The position numbers were made by a program, and so were the translations under genes. Positions 1-12,855 of a stretch of DNA of 64,000 nt are shown in pieces (the first letter of the stretch is position 1; each line of letters begins with the position of its first letter). Source of the stretch: Octopus vulgaris (Eukaryota). The DNA lies in NCBI GenBank assembly GCA_951406725.2, contig OX597818.1, positions 147,188,001 to 147,252,000 on the forward strand. Reading direction: 5' to 3'. The notes beneath the pieces are model-generated. The model saw only the letters and a list, made by a program, of their open reading frames with translations. It searched no databases and had not been told where the DNA came from.

Positions 1-1123
1 ATGCTGGAGTGATGCGCGAGACAGATAATTTTCTCTGTTAATTATGTGACCAACAGGGGTCTAACAGGGGGAAATTATGCCTAAACATGCGCGCAGCGCA
101 TGTGAACATCCGACGTTCTTTGAGTCGGGACACAGACGTGTTGCAAAACAAGGGAGTACACGTGCAGAACAGAGGTGCATGAGTGCAATAGGGCTTGCTA
201 GGCTGAAATACAGTGTACAGTATTGAATATGCCAGTGATTAATGCAGTAAGGCTGAGGCTGCCAGCCAGTGCTTGAGCTATTATATGCCTCGGTCGTTCA
301 GGAACAAAAGTGTGGCATGCTGGCGCGTTGTAAGGGACAAACAACTTTCTCTATGTATGCATGACCGACCTAGGGTCTTACAGAGATGAGTTGTGTCTAC
401 AAGGGCACATTGAGCATGGAAAACAAGCGAGAAAGGTATGTGTGGCGTATGAATGTGACAGAGATAGCATTTGTGTGTGTATTAACTATGTGTGTTCGTG
501 TGTGCGACAGAAGTACAAACAAGGTGTATGCGGGTAAAACAGAATACAGCGCATAGGAAAAGTCTCTCAGGGTATTTCAGACAAGATGGAGTTACTTTAC
601 CAGTTAGTAGTTAAGTACAAAATAGTAGTTCGTTCTGTAACAGGATGTTGGGATCACAAGTGCAGATGCCGGTTGAACACATGTCGTGTAGCGGTTGTGG
701 CTTCAATGCTGTGCCAGATCACATTGGTACAGAAGATCTCGCAGGTAGTGCTGTGCTGTTAATCTTGGTGTGTATACACGAACAGCGTGTAAGCTAAACT
801 TCAGCGAGTTGCTGTGTACATATCGTTGAGGTCGACGGTGGTGAAGGCGACAGTGGTGGACTTGAGACACGTGGCTGCTCAGTTCGTAGTAAAGTACATA
901 TTAGTGTTGCTGGCGACGAAGATGGAGACGACGTGAAGTTGAAGGACGACGATGGTGATGGCAACGGCAGAGAAAGGTATCGTTGAGATGAAGGCGTCCG
1001 TGGTGTAAATGTCCTGTGTTGCTGGTGTATGTTAGCGTCGTCATTATTGCGGAAGATAAGAGAGGCTCCTTTTATAACTGTTGGTAGAAACTAGATTTCA
1101 GTTAAATCACGTCGGGGTCACCA
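1..1123 (-). mobile_element. 5' internal region of an LTR retrotransposon (element runs off the window's left edge), with a tRNA-Trp primer-binding site at about 1105-1123
   Basis: The + strand reads AATCACGTCGGGGTCACCA, the 3' end of eukaryotic tRNA-Trp including CCA. This is a PBS (TGGTGACCCCGACGTGATT) on the - strand, 1 nt from a TG...CA bounded segment. No long ORF remains. Confidence 0.7.
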
Positions 1124-1124
1124 C

Positions 1125-1613
1125 TGTGAAGGGAACTGGTTGCTTCTTTACACTTTTGGGGTGCAACTTGGGTGCAACACAATTTCCTTTCTTTTTGTTT
1201 CTAGTAACTACCAGTCAGGAACGAAACGCAAGTTTAGAAATATATACAATTCTTTATTCTCTTATTCAACAATGAAACACGATGGTATACTGGTATCCAT
1301 TCTTACAACAATTCAGCATTAATAGGACAGGTTAAATCCTAAGCGTCTGGGACAGGAGAATAGGCTGATCACACGTTTGAAAATACGTCCTTTCGCTTCT
1401 ATCGCCGAGTCTCAAGTCCCCGACGCTATTAAGGAACGCTATAGAATTTATTCTTCAGTCTCTAGCGCATGTGCATGAGGGAACTTCCTTATGCCTTTCC
1501 AGAAGGTTCCAGAAGGTTCCAACCCCGCACACGCACACTGAAGAAGGACTTCCGCACACGCACACTGAAGGATGACGTTGCGTGTGCGCACACTGGAATA
1601 TGACGTCACTACA
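1125..1613 (-). mobile_element. 5' LTR (about 489 bp) of the Trp-primed LTR retrotransposon
   Basis: Starts TGTG right after the PBS and ends ...CACTACA exactly where LINE RT coding sequence begins. Contains short tandem duplications (ccagaaggtt x2, ccgcacacgcacactgaag x2) and TGACGTCA. Confidence 0.65.
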
Positions 1614-2310
1614 CTCTACTCAACACTAAGTTAAAAACTTTAGCTAAGGTGCTCCTCAAGAGACTGCCGCTTGTTGTCGGTAGCATAATCGGGGATACAC
1701 AAACTTGTGCGATCCCCGGTAGATCTATCCACGACAATCTCCACCTCATCGAAGAACGTGTCAAGAATAGATCGAACTTTGGAGGGGCACTGGTCAGTTT
1801 GGTCCAGTCCAAAGCTTTTGACGAAGTGGACCATCGCTATCTAGTGACTTCCTAAAAGCTGTCGGTTTCGGTCCCGTCTTCAGAGGCTGGATCACCACCA
1901 TATATCGTGGCATCTGCTCGGTTGTCAAATTGAATGGCCACCTCACGGAAACTTTCAGTATTGAACCCTCGGTACATCAAGGTTTCCCCCTCTCCCCGCT
2001 TGTATATATATATATATTAGCTTTAGAACCCTTGCTGCGAAGGATGGAGAATTTGAGGGGTATCCCTCTGGACCTAGGTCACAGAAGAGCTGTGTTTGTA
2101 TTCGCGGACGACCTCACTGTCATGCTTCGGACATAGAAAAGATCGACAGTATACTGAAGGACTACCAGGAATGCACAGGAGCTCTCATAAACCAGGACAA
2201 GCCAGTAGGTCGGCAATTAGGCTCTTGGAGAAGCAAGTCGACTAGTAGCGATTTCTATCGCTGGACAGAGCGTCTGGTGAACGTTCTCGGAGTCTGGTTC
2301 GGAACGCAAT
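1614..2310 (+). mobile_element. Decayed L1/Tx1-clade LINE reverse transcriptase fragment
   Basis: Translates as LLNTKLKTLAKVLLKRL...QTCAIPGRSIHDNL...KAFDEVDHRYL, then QGFPLSPL...LALEPLLR...FADDLTV. These are RT motifs interrupted by stops. Confidence 0.85.
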
Positions 2311-2427
2311 TACCAAACTTTCATTCATAAATCCATTTATTATTTCGTTCTTTTGCATTTCAATTTGTACATTTGTACCCAGAAATTTTCAGCAACTGCA
2401 CGCCAGAAGAAAGGGGAAAAAAATGAA

Positions 2428-2733
2428 ATTCCCAGAATTAAACTTAGCCCAAGTGATGCAAATATTCCATTCACACTAAACGGACTTCAGTTTCCACTTC
2501 GACTTGCAGATTCAATGACAATTAATTAGGCTCAAGGGCAAACATTTGAAAAAGTTGCAATACATTTGCCTCAACCAGTATTTTCTCATGGCCTTTTATA
2601 TGTCGCATTTCCAAGAGCACGAGCTATGAGCAATATCAAAGTAAGAGTTATGACACACAATTGAGATAACAAACAAGGCCAAAAACGTGGTGTGACATAC
2701 ACACAAAATATTGTCTACCATGAAGTACTGTGA
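2428..2733 (+). mobile_element. Helitron RepHel PIF1-like helicase C-terminal fragment (pseudogenised)
   Basis: One frame reads IPRIKLSPSDANIPFTLNGLQFPLRLADSMTIN*AQGQTFEKVAIHLPQPVFSHGLLYVAFPRA...TQNIVYHEVL*. This matches the Helitron helicase consensus QFPxRLAFAMTINKSQGQT...PVFSHGQLYVA...TxNIVYxEVL. Confidence 0.85.
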
Positions 2734-2889
2734 GGAAGACCACCGCACCAGCTAGCATCACCAGCACACCGACCGCTCCATCATTACGCATCCACATTAC
2801 ACCAGTTAGGGGCCCGCTGGATCTCTTTTGGCATACCAGCAAACCAAAATATCGCACCAGCCAGCAACACCACTACCTCCAAGCCTGTC

Positions 2890-2920
<31 letters not shown>

Positions 2921-3139
2921 TGTATGTATGTATGTATGTATGCATGTATGTATGTATGTATGTATGTATGTGTATTTGTCCCACCACCAACATTGCTTGA
3001 CAAGCAGAAGAGACTGATAGAATAAGCACCAGACTTACAGGGAATAAGTTCAGGGGTCAATTTCTATGATTAAAAGGTGGTGCTCCAGCATAGCCACCGT
3101 GAAATGACTGAAACAAGTAAAAGAATAAAGAATACCAGA

Positions 3140-4380
3140 AAAACGCTTCCTCCCATCCTTGGAATTTTCCAGGAAGTACCCACCCTCCTCAGACTATTCC
3201 AGGAAGTCATTCCGCCTTCTCTTCAGACTTTACAAGGAAATCTCGGCATTTTCATGGACTTTTCCAGAAAATTCATTTTATTCTTCCTCGGACTTTTCCA
3301 GGCAGTCCTACTCAGACTATTCCAGGAAGTCCTTCCTCCCGTCCTGGGACTTTGCCAGGAAGTCCTTTCTTCTCCTTCTCCGACTTTTCCAGGAAGTCCT
3401 TCCTCCTCCTCGGACATTTCCAGGAAGTGCCACTCACCCCCTCCTCAGACTTTTCCAGGAAGTCCTTCCTCCCCTCTTTGGACTTTTCCAAGATGTCCTT
3501 CTACCCGCTCCTCCCCTCCCTGTCCATCCTTGGTGTTTTCCGGGAATTTCTTCCTCTCCCTCCTCGCCTTCCCGTCCTCATTGGAATTTTTCAGGAAGTT
3601 CTTCCTCCCCCTGCTCCTCCTCATTGTAATTTTCCAGGAAGAACCATTCACCCTCCTCAGACATTTCCATGAAGTTCATCCACTCGCTTCTCCTCCTTCG
3701 CCACTCACCTCCTCCTTGGACATTTCCAGGAAGTGACACTGACCCCCTCCTCGAACTTTTCCAGGAAGTCCTTACTCCCCTCCTTGGAATTTTCTAGGAA
3801 GTCCCACTCACCCCCTGGACTTTTCCAGGGAGTTCCACTCATTCTCTCCTCGTACGTTTCCAGGAAGTAATTCACCCCTCCTTGGACTTTTCCAGGAAAT
3901 TCTTCCTCCACTCCTTGGAATTTTCAAGGATGTTCCACTCACTCACCCCTCGGACTTTTCCAGGAAGTTCCACTCACTCCTCATCGGACGTTTCCAGGAA
4001 GTCCTTCCTCCGCTCTTCTCCTTCTTCCCCTAGGACTTTTCCAGGAAGTCCCACTCAGCCCCTTCTCGGACTTTTCCAGAGTCACTTTCATCCGCTCCTT
4101 GGAATTTTCCAGGAAGTACTCACCCCCTCCTCGGACTGTTCCAGGAAGTCCTTCCTCCCCTCCTCCCCTCCTCCCCTCGTCCTTTCTTCATTTTCCTCCT
4201 CTCCTTGGAATTTTCCAGGAATCCCACTCAGCCCTCGGACTTTTCCAGGCAGTCCTTCCTCCCCCTCCCCTTACTTTCCTTCCCTTCATCTCCTTCTTTG
4301 GAATTTTACGGGAGTCCCCATCCGCTCTCCTCGGACTTTTTCAGGAAGTCCTCCCTCCCCTCCTTTCCCTTACTCCCCTT
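3140..4380 (+). repeat. Degenerate minisatellite, core CCTCGGACTTTTCCAGGAAGT with pyrimidine-rich spacers (about 30-40 bp period)
   Basis: The core recurs dozens of times and produces the repetitive LFQEV/DFSRK/TFPGS ORFs in all three + frames. Confidence 0.9.
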
Positions 4381-4586
4381 TAGTAATGCAGGAGAGTTTT
4401 CAATTAATATACATTGGATATTTGCAAATAACATATAATTAGTTTACGCAGATGTACGTAGATTTACATATACATAAGCAAACATGCATGGACACTGATA
4501 TAGGTACACGTATACTAAATTATATATATACCAATACACACATAGATATGTGTATATATATATATATCCATATACCCATACATATA

Positions 4587-5494
4587 CCGTAAATCCTCGA
4601 GTATAATCGGGATTTTTCCCCAAAATTTAAAGGTCAAAATCCCTAGTGCGTATTATATACCAGGTTAAAAATGAAAAATATTTTCTAAGCTATGTCCGAG
4701 TCTCTATTTGCTGTCCGGCTAAGCCTGAAAGCAATGAAGTCATAAAAGAATCATCCATAACTTGTGGTAAGCAACATTTATTAAAACAAAAGTATACATA
4801 ACACAGAATAACATGTAACAAAAACAATTTGCAAACATATCTACATTCCCATATAACAGTTAAGTACATTACCATTATTGTATTACGCATGCGCAGAAGT
4901 GTTTGTTCGGCTAGGTGCTGCTGGCTTAATTACGCGCGAATTGTCCTAAATAGTTTAGCGCTAAACAGTTCATCTTGTTGTTTGTATTGGCAATTTGCAT
5001 CATTACCGTGGCAAACAATAGATACTTAATTAAATACCAGTATTAAATGTTTGAACTACTGTGGGTCTTTACTAGGGTTTTTTATAAGCGTGACTTAAAC
5101 CTGTACATTAATCTCCAATAAAACATTTTATACATTACATGCCCATAAAATGCCTCGTAGATCTTATTCAGCTATGGTTAGACTTGAAGTTATATTATAT
5201 GCTGAAGAGCATGATAATAGGGCCGCCGGAAGAAAACTTGATATTGACGAAAGCAATGTCAGGTTATGGAGCAGAAATAAAGATGAAATTAAACAGATGC
5301 CAAAGATAAAGAAGGCAATAATAAAGGACGTTACCGTATACATTTTAACAAACCAAGGACGTTATATAGACCTCCTTGACTCAAGTTATAGAAGAGGTGC
5401 GTATTATACACAAGGTTAGTTTTTTCAGAGGTACGCCCCCTAAAAATCACCTGCGTATTATACTCAAGGGCGGACTATACTCGAGGATTTACGG
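4587..5494 (+). mobile_element. Internally deleted pogo-type (Tc1/mariner superfamily) DNA transposon
   Basis: TIRs CCGTAAATCCTCGAGTATA...TATACTCGAGGATTTACGG with TA on both flanks. Subterminal TGCGTATTATA repeats are present. Confidence 0.85.
5150..5419 (+). CDS. Truncated pogo transposase N-terminus (Brinker-type HTH DNA-binding domain), 89-aa ORF
   Basis: MPRRSYSAMVRLEVILYAEEHDNRAAGRKLDIDESNVRLW resembles the pogo BrkDBD and lies inside the TIR element. The catalytic DDE region is deleted. Confidence 0.6.
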   Translation: MPRRSYSAMVRLEVILYAEEHDNRAAGRKLDIDESNVRLWSRNKDEIKQMPKIKKAIIKDVTVYILTNQGRYIDLLDSSYRRGAYYTQG

Positions 5495-6917
5495 TACATA
5501 TATATGCATATATATAGACACACATACACCATACACATGCGTGCACATTCCCACATACACATCCTTATAAAAACACATATATACACACTCATTAGATATT
5601 TATACACACTTAGATGTGTATATATATATATATATATATATACATATATTAAAGATTATATGATTTCTAACTTGCATAACTGTACATTCAGATATATATA
5701 TATATAAAATGACAACAAAAAACGAGACCTTGATATTATGGAAATAGGGGAATTTGTATATATATCTATATCTTTCTCTTTGTGTGTGTGTGTCTGTGGA
5801 TGTATGTGCGTGTGTTTGTGTCTGTGTTTGTCCCACTACCACCATTACTTGACAACCGATGTTGGTGCGTTTGCCTCCCTGTTCAGCAGAAGAGACTGAT
5901 AGAATAAATACCAGGCTTACAGGGAATAAGTCCAGGGGTCAATTTCTGACTGGAAACTATACCAGCATTAGAACGCAATCTCATACCCATCGGTTTCAAC
6001 GGACGGCAATATACTTCAGAAGGATATATGAAAACTATCAAACGGGTAGAATATACGAAGTGACGGGAGGGAAAGGTTCGGGTGAACCCCCCCCCCCGTA
6101 GCTCTATGTAAATAAAATTATAATCAAATATTTATTTTAATTTTCTGCTGATTTTTTTCGCAAATTAGATGACTAAATGTGGATTCAATTAAATAACTGA
6201 GAACACCCTCGGTCGAAATCTTGGCTACGCCCATGTAAAAATACCATTGCAGAAATAGCTAGAATAAGTGAAGTGAAAACAAACAATACTCGTTTTATTT
6301 TTTTAGCGTTTTTTTTTTAGCATATTTCCCTGCTGATCATGCATCATATACGATACACATTCCCATTTTTTTTTTTTTTTTCAACCACCAAAGTAACTTG
6401 GGACTTACGAAAGGAAAGCTTTATATTAATTACACAGAACGTGTGAAATAAGGGCCAACTAAAAGTCTGAAAACAAGCATGGATGGTTAAAAGACACTTA
6501 TGAAAACGCTTTGGACAGCAAATGATTCATGGCTTTTGTTAAAAGGGAAAGGAGCGATGGCCAATACCATTTCCAAGGCTTCTGGGATTTGTGGGAAGAA
6601 AGGAAGAAGTGGTCCTCAGACTAGTGACCTGACCTGAATGCTTGAAACACCAAGTTTTGATGTTAAACTGAGTAACGGATTAAGAATGATTTTAATAATC
6701 ATAAGGAGAAAAGAAAACTGCAAAGAAAGACGTCGGCAAATAAATAGAACTCGACAACATACGAAATATAAGCACTGCTGGGTTGCTAAGTCTGGCACAC
6801 AGATGACGTAGATACCAAAACCACACATACATACACACACACACAAACACCAAGATACCAAGACACCCAGAGACGCACTTAGCCACGCAGTGAAAGCAAG
6901 CAACGGTGAGACTACTG

Positions 6918-6931
6918 CAATGATGATGACA

Positions 6932-6968
<37 letters not shown>

Positions 6969-7071
6969 TGATTATGACAAAGAGGCCAGTGACGGCAATG
7001 AGGCTGATGACAACGATGACAGCAACGGAGGTGACGGAGACAACGGTTATGGCGATGGCGATGGTGATAAC

Positions 7072-7115
<44 letters not shown>

Positions 7116-7223
7116 CGATGATGACACTGACGATGATGATCGTGATCATGACGACGAAGGCGACGATGACGACAGCGAAGACATCCAGACGACGAAAATA
7201 ACGGCAGCGGCGATGGTGATGCC

Positions 7224-7283
<60 letters not shown>

Positions 7284-7331
7284 GAAAATGACGATGACGA
7301 TGACGATGATGATGATGATAACGACGACGAC

Positions 7332-7369
<38 letters not shown>

Positions 7370-7445
7370 TGATGATGATGATGCCAGTGATGACGATGAT
7401 GACGACGACGACGACGACGGTGGTGATGATGATGATGATGATCGG
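6918..7445. repeat. Compound (GAT)n/(GAC)n trinucleotide microsatellite tract
   Basis: Directly visible. It is the source of the poly-H/S/I/M/T ORFs. Confidence 0.95.
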
Positions 7446-7749
7446 AGGGAGGAGGAGGAGAAGGAGGATATAAATATATTTGGTTTCCACAAAGAAAAAT
7501 TAGTAAAAACCCCAAATAAAGCCAGAATGATATTTTAGGGCCCAAAGAAATTCCCTGGTCGTCGTAAATTTGTGTGTTTTAAGACGAAAGTAACAAATTA
7601 GAATTTCTTGTTTGTCTAGTTTTTTTCCCGAAATTATTGTAAAACGAAGATTCTGCACGCCGATGAATGGTGGTTGCCTTGGAAACAAGACTTACAAATC
7701 GATATTTCTAGCTGCATTCTACCTAGAATGGTTGGTTGGGAACAGACAA

Positions 7750-7852
7750 ATGGAATAGTCAGAGAAGGGGAGTGGACGAGAAGGGGAGGTGAAGGAGAGC
7801 AGGCCATAGTAAAAGGAAGAGAGAAAGAGAGGATATGTGTGAAATAGACTAT

Positions 7853-7924
<72 letters not shown>

Positions 7925-7925
7925 C

Positions 7926-8017
<92 letters not shown>

Positions 8018-8035
8018 ATAGATATATAGATAGAT

Positions 8036-8087
<52 letters not shown>

Positions 8088-8693
8088 GAAGGAAACAAGG
8101 TAAGAGAAAGGTAAAATAGTAAAAGTGATGTATGAAAGAGTGAGGAACAAAAAATGTGATATGAAGAGGACTGAGGAAACAGGAGAACGAGAGAAAATGA
8201 AAGAAAGTCTCAGAAGAAGGAAAAAAGAGCTGGCGCTGAATGAGACAGGAAGAAAGGATGGAAATTAGATGAAAATAAGAAGAGTGTTGAGAGAAAGAGA
8301 AAGATATAAAACCAACGAGGAATGAGTAATTGAAGGAAAAGAGGTAGAAAGAGAGAGAGAAGATAAAAATAGATAAATGATAAAAATGGAAAGTGAAAGT
8401 AGAAGAAAGAAGCGTAAAAAAAATGCGTGAAGGAGAGGGGAGAAGGAGGAGAGAGAGGGTGGAGAAGATAGGCAAGGATAAGGATAAGAAGAGAAAGAGT
8501 GAAGAAATAAGAGTGGTGGGGAGATTAGAAATGAAGAAGAAGAAGGAATGAAAACAGACGTGAATCTATAGAAAGAGACTGAGAGTATAGAGAGGGGACG
8601 GAAATAAGGGCTTCGTGAGATGAAGGTTAGGAAAGAATAAGTTGTTTGACAAAAAATGCGGGAGAATGAAAAAGTAAGGGAGAAGAAATAAAT

Positions 8694-8754
<61 letters not shown>

Positions 8755-9200
8755 CAGATGGATGGATAGTGAGAGGGAGAGAAGGAGAGAGAGTATGAGA
8801 AAGAAAGGAACGAGTGACTAATAACGTCAAAAGTATCAGAAAGTAAAATAGAGTTGTGTTCTGGAGATAGAAGGACAAAGAGAGAGAGAGGAGGGGGATG
8901 GAGGAAGGGAGAGGAGACGGAGAGTAAGATACAGGGAAGAAAAGAGGGAGGGAGAGCGAGAGGCAGAAAGAAAGAGAGGAGAGAGATAAAGAGCACTTTT
9001 GGAAGGTGAGTAATGCAGAATCTGAGGAAGAAAGAGTCGAAGATATAGGGATGCGGATATGAGAGAGAGAAAGAATAATGGTGGTGGTGGTGGTAGTCGG
9101 GTGGGTGGATATCGTTTGTGATTAATCAAATTCGCAAAGAGGAGGAGGAGGATGAGGAGGAAAAGGAGAAGGAAGAGGAGGAAGAGGAGGATTTGGTAAA
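7750..9200 (+). repeat. Purine-rich low-complexity tract with (GATA)n and (GA)n arrays upstream of tubulin exon 1
   Basis: The + strand is strongly A/G-biased. (GATA)n lies at about 7853-8035 and 8697-8760, and (GA)n at about 8040-8080. Confidence 0.9.
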
Positions 9201-9219
9201 GAAGCAAAGGGGGTGTGAC

Positions 9220-9471
9220 TGTTATATATAAATATAACCGTTCAATTGGAAGCACCCACCTGATACAGGAAGCAGACTGTAGTGGAAGATTGGGTGAAAG
9301 AGAGAGAGAGTTGATATATATATATATATATTCATAAACAAGCAAAAAGGGAGAGAGAAGGAGAGAGAGCGAGCGAGAGGTTGTGTGCGTGAATGCGATT
9401 ACAGTGCAGGACAGAGAAGTGTTCGTCAGCTTTCAGTCAGGTCGCAGCAGTTCGAGGAACCGTGAGAAACG
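9220..9471 (+). promoter_or_regulatory. Putative beta-tubulin core promoter and 5' UTR
   Basis: Immediately upstream of ATG 9472. Contains TATA-like runs, inverted CCAAT boxes (ATTGG at about 9245 and 9289), GAGA repeats and an Inr-like TCAGTC at about 9433. The TSS cannot be determined from sequence. Confidence 0.45.
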
Positions 9472-9528
9472 ATGAGAGAAATAGTACACGTCCAAGCCGG
9501 CCAATGCGGGAACCAGATCGGTGCCAAA
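9472..9528 (+). CDS. TUBB: Beta-tubulin exon 1 (aa 1-19, [19 protein letters not shown])
   Basis: Exact beta-tubulin N-terminus including the MREI autoregulation motif. GTAGGT donor at 9529, at the conserved phase-0 intron position after codon 19. Confidence 0.97.
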
Positions 9529-9779
9529 GTAGGTGCTTTATTTCTCTGACCCCCCACGCCCTCACCCCCACGCTCCTTCATATATGCTTTCCACTGATGC
9601 TTTCTACTGATTGCGTGTTGATGTATGTATGTATGTATGTATGTATGTATGTATGTATGTATGTATGCATGCATGTATGTGTGTATATGTATACATATAT
9701 ATGTGTATGTGTATATATGTATATATATGTCTGTATATGTGTATATGTATATATGTATAAATATATGTGTGTATATGTG

Positions 9780-9865
<86 letters not shown>

Positions 9866-9992
9866 GGCCACAAAATCCAAACAACCAGGTAGGTGATATC
9901 TTGATCTTCATTATCACCGATGGATGGAACGTCGACGATGGCATATATATACACACATACGTACAAGCATACATACATACATACATACCATA

Positions 9993-10038
<46 letters not shown>

Positions 10039-10569
10039 TTAGCGTTTGTGTGTGTGTGTGTATGTGCGTGCGCGCGCGCGCGCGTTTCCGTGCGATTTCT
10101 TATATAGGCACAAAGCTTCAAATCTATCGGCTGAATTTGATCCTAGTATATAACTGGTATCTAGACAATGTCTACTTTACAACATTAACACGAGAATGAA
10201 GCTACTCGCTCGACTGAGTGTTGGAAAAGAGCGGAGAAAAGCATTTGCAGGACTCCTGTTGAGACGAGCTTAGTTAAGCTGCTGAATCTTGTTATGCTTT
10301 CTGTCGCTCCTATCACAGTAGTTCTATAGAATTTCGGTTTTCTGGTGCTTCTAAAAATCTACCTTCCAATGTTGCAGTCATATCAACAAAAGAAAATGAT
10401 AAAAATGTATGTAGATTATACAGGTAGATGAATATACATTAATGCATACGAATGTAAAATAAATGCGCGAAGTTTCGTTTTGCTATCAATAATGTTGAAT
10501 TTCTGAATAAATGTCATTATTACATGAGCGCGGCGATGTGTCAATAATTCGTCGAAACCTCTATTTGCT

Positions 10570-10594
<25 letters not shown>

Positions 10595-10600
<6 letters not shown>

Positions 10601-10770
10601 GCACACACACATAATATATATATATATATATATATACGCACACACACATAATATATATATATATATATACGCACACACACATAATATATATATATATATA
10701 TACGCACACACACATAATATATATATATATATATATGCGCACACACACATAATATATATATATATATATT
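10595..10770. repeat. Tandem repeat of a compound microsatellite unit (GCACACACACATAATATATA..., about 31-35 bp, about 5 copies)
   Basis: Directly visible repetition. Confidence 0.85.
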
Positions 10771-10801
10771 TATACGTATACATATATATATTATATATAT
10801 G

Positions 10802-10839
<38 letters not shown>

Positions 10840-11232
10840 ATACATATATCCATATATATATACATACGTAAATACATATATACGTAAATACATATATACG
10901 TACATATATATATACGTATGTATGTATGTATGTATGTATGTATGTATGTATGTATGTATGTATGTATAGAGAGTCGTCCAAGAGTCCTTAAATCAGAAAA
11001 GATTGGTACTACAATTGCATGCCCTGTAATACTGTCCATTCTTCCAGTGCTTCCTTACACGGAAACTAAGGAATAATAATAATAATAATGATGATGATGA
11101 TGATGATGATGATGAGGATGATAATAACAACAACAACAACAATAAGTAAATTAAAAATATATGGTCTTCGTTTATATCAGAATATAGTGGGTGTGGCAAA
11201 CGTATAATATACATGTGTGTAATATACATACA

Positions 11233-11295
<63 letters not shown>

Positions 11296-11493
11296 CGTTT
11301 GTTTTTATGTAAAAGAAGCAATTTTACATTAATCTGATGGACTAAACCTATACTTTTGTAGAGTACAAATTTATTATTCTTAAACAAGAATGTTGTTGAT
11401 AGTTTTTGAAGTTTTGGCCAGCTAAGCTATCGACGAGCAGGCCCGAACTTCGAATCCACAAACAACAACATTCTTGTTTAAGAATAATATATA

Positions 11494-11529
<36 letters not shown>

Positions 11530-11571
11530 TGTATGTATGTATGTATGTATGTATGTATGTATATGTGTACA

Positions 11572-11634
<63 letters not shown>

Positions 11635-11793
11635 AATATGTTACATTACTCGATAGTCAAGATAAAACTCTGAGTTTCAGATGCCGAAGTGGAAATCCAC
11701 AACACCATCTCTTCGGTTATCTGGCTATTTATATATATATATACATATATATATATATGCATATATATACATATATGTGTGTATGTATGTATG

Positions 11794-11883
<90 letters not shown>

Positions 11884-12139
11884 AACGCGCGCGTGCGTGC
11901 AGATACGCTTCCTGCATGAATGCAAAGTATGCATGCCGTAGTTCTGTAATTATATGCATACAATAAATGCAATATTTAATATAAATCTTTCAATTTTATA
12001 ATAAACTGATGAAAAGTGTGCGCACATTTGGCCAATGAACCTTGCTTCGATTTACATGGCTTTGCTGTTTAAAATTCCTCTCCCTGGTTATATAGCAGGA
12101 ATTGCTGCTACTATACATACATATGCGTGTGTGTGTGTG

Positions 12140-12205
<66 letters not shown>

Positions 12206-12263
12206 TATATAATATATAATATATATATATATATAAAATATATAATATATATAGAAATATATG

Positions 12264-12317
<54 letters not shown>

Positions 12318-12495
12318 CATTCTTTCGGTATTAGTAGACGACATCATTCACCCTCTTTACCTATATTATGAGGGAACGTTGTGTGGAGAATGGTGTTGTC
12401 TACTACTACCGAAAGGTTGCCATAAATACATTGATACATATACATACATACTTACATACATACATATATATATATACATATATATATATATACAC

Positions 12496-12526
<31 letters not shown>

Positions 12527-12796
12527 TATATATATATATATACTCGTAGATATACATATATATACATACATACATACATACATACACATATATATATATA
12601 CATTTGTATATATACATATGCATATATACATGCACATACACACTCACACACACATACTGCCTGGTATTCCTAAATAAAATTTTTGCATGTCTACTTTATT
12701 AAAAATAAAAAAAAAGAAAGTAATTTCAAAATATTCCTGGATTAATATCTTTACTTCTTTTACAGGACAGTTAAGCATCGCATTCATATATATGCG

Positions 12797-12855
<59 letters not shown>

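Noticed and set aside
1105-1123. tRNA-Trp gene
   Set aside because: Only the 3'-terminal 19 nt including CCA match, and they are adjacent to an LTR. This is a primer-binding site.
3077-4442. Overlapping 100-220 aa ORFs (LFQEV/DFSRK/TFPGS repeats)
   Set aside because: All three frames are open because the satellite unit lacks stop codons, so there is no sign of coding constraint.
6616-7545. 309-aa His/Arg-rich and 266-aa Ser-rich minus-strand ORFs
   Set aside because: They are stop-free translations of (GAT/GAC)n microsatellite, open in several frames, with no domain or splice support.
8423-8440. Alternative tubulin first exon (ATG CGT GAA, MRE...); also MRER at 12368
   Set aside because: They continue as MREGEG and MRERCV with no tubulin similarity, so these are chance matches.
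9578-12673. Many YI/HT/VC-repeat ORFs here and throughout the window
   Set aside because: They are translations of (TA)n, (CA)n and (TATG)n microsatellites.
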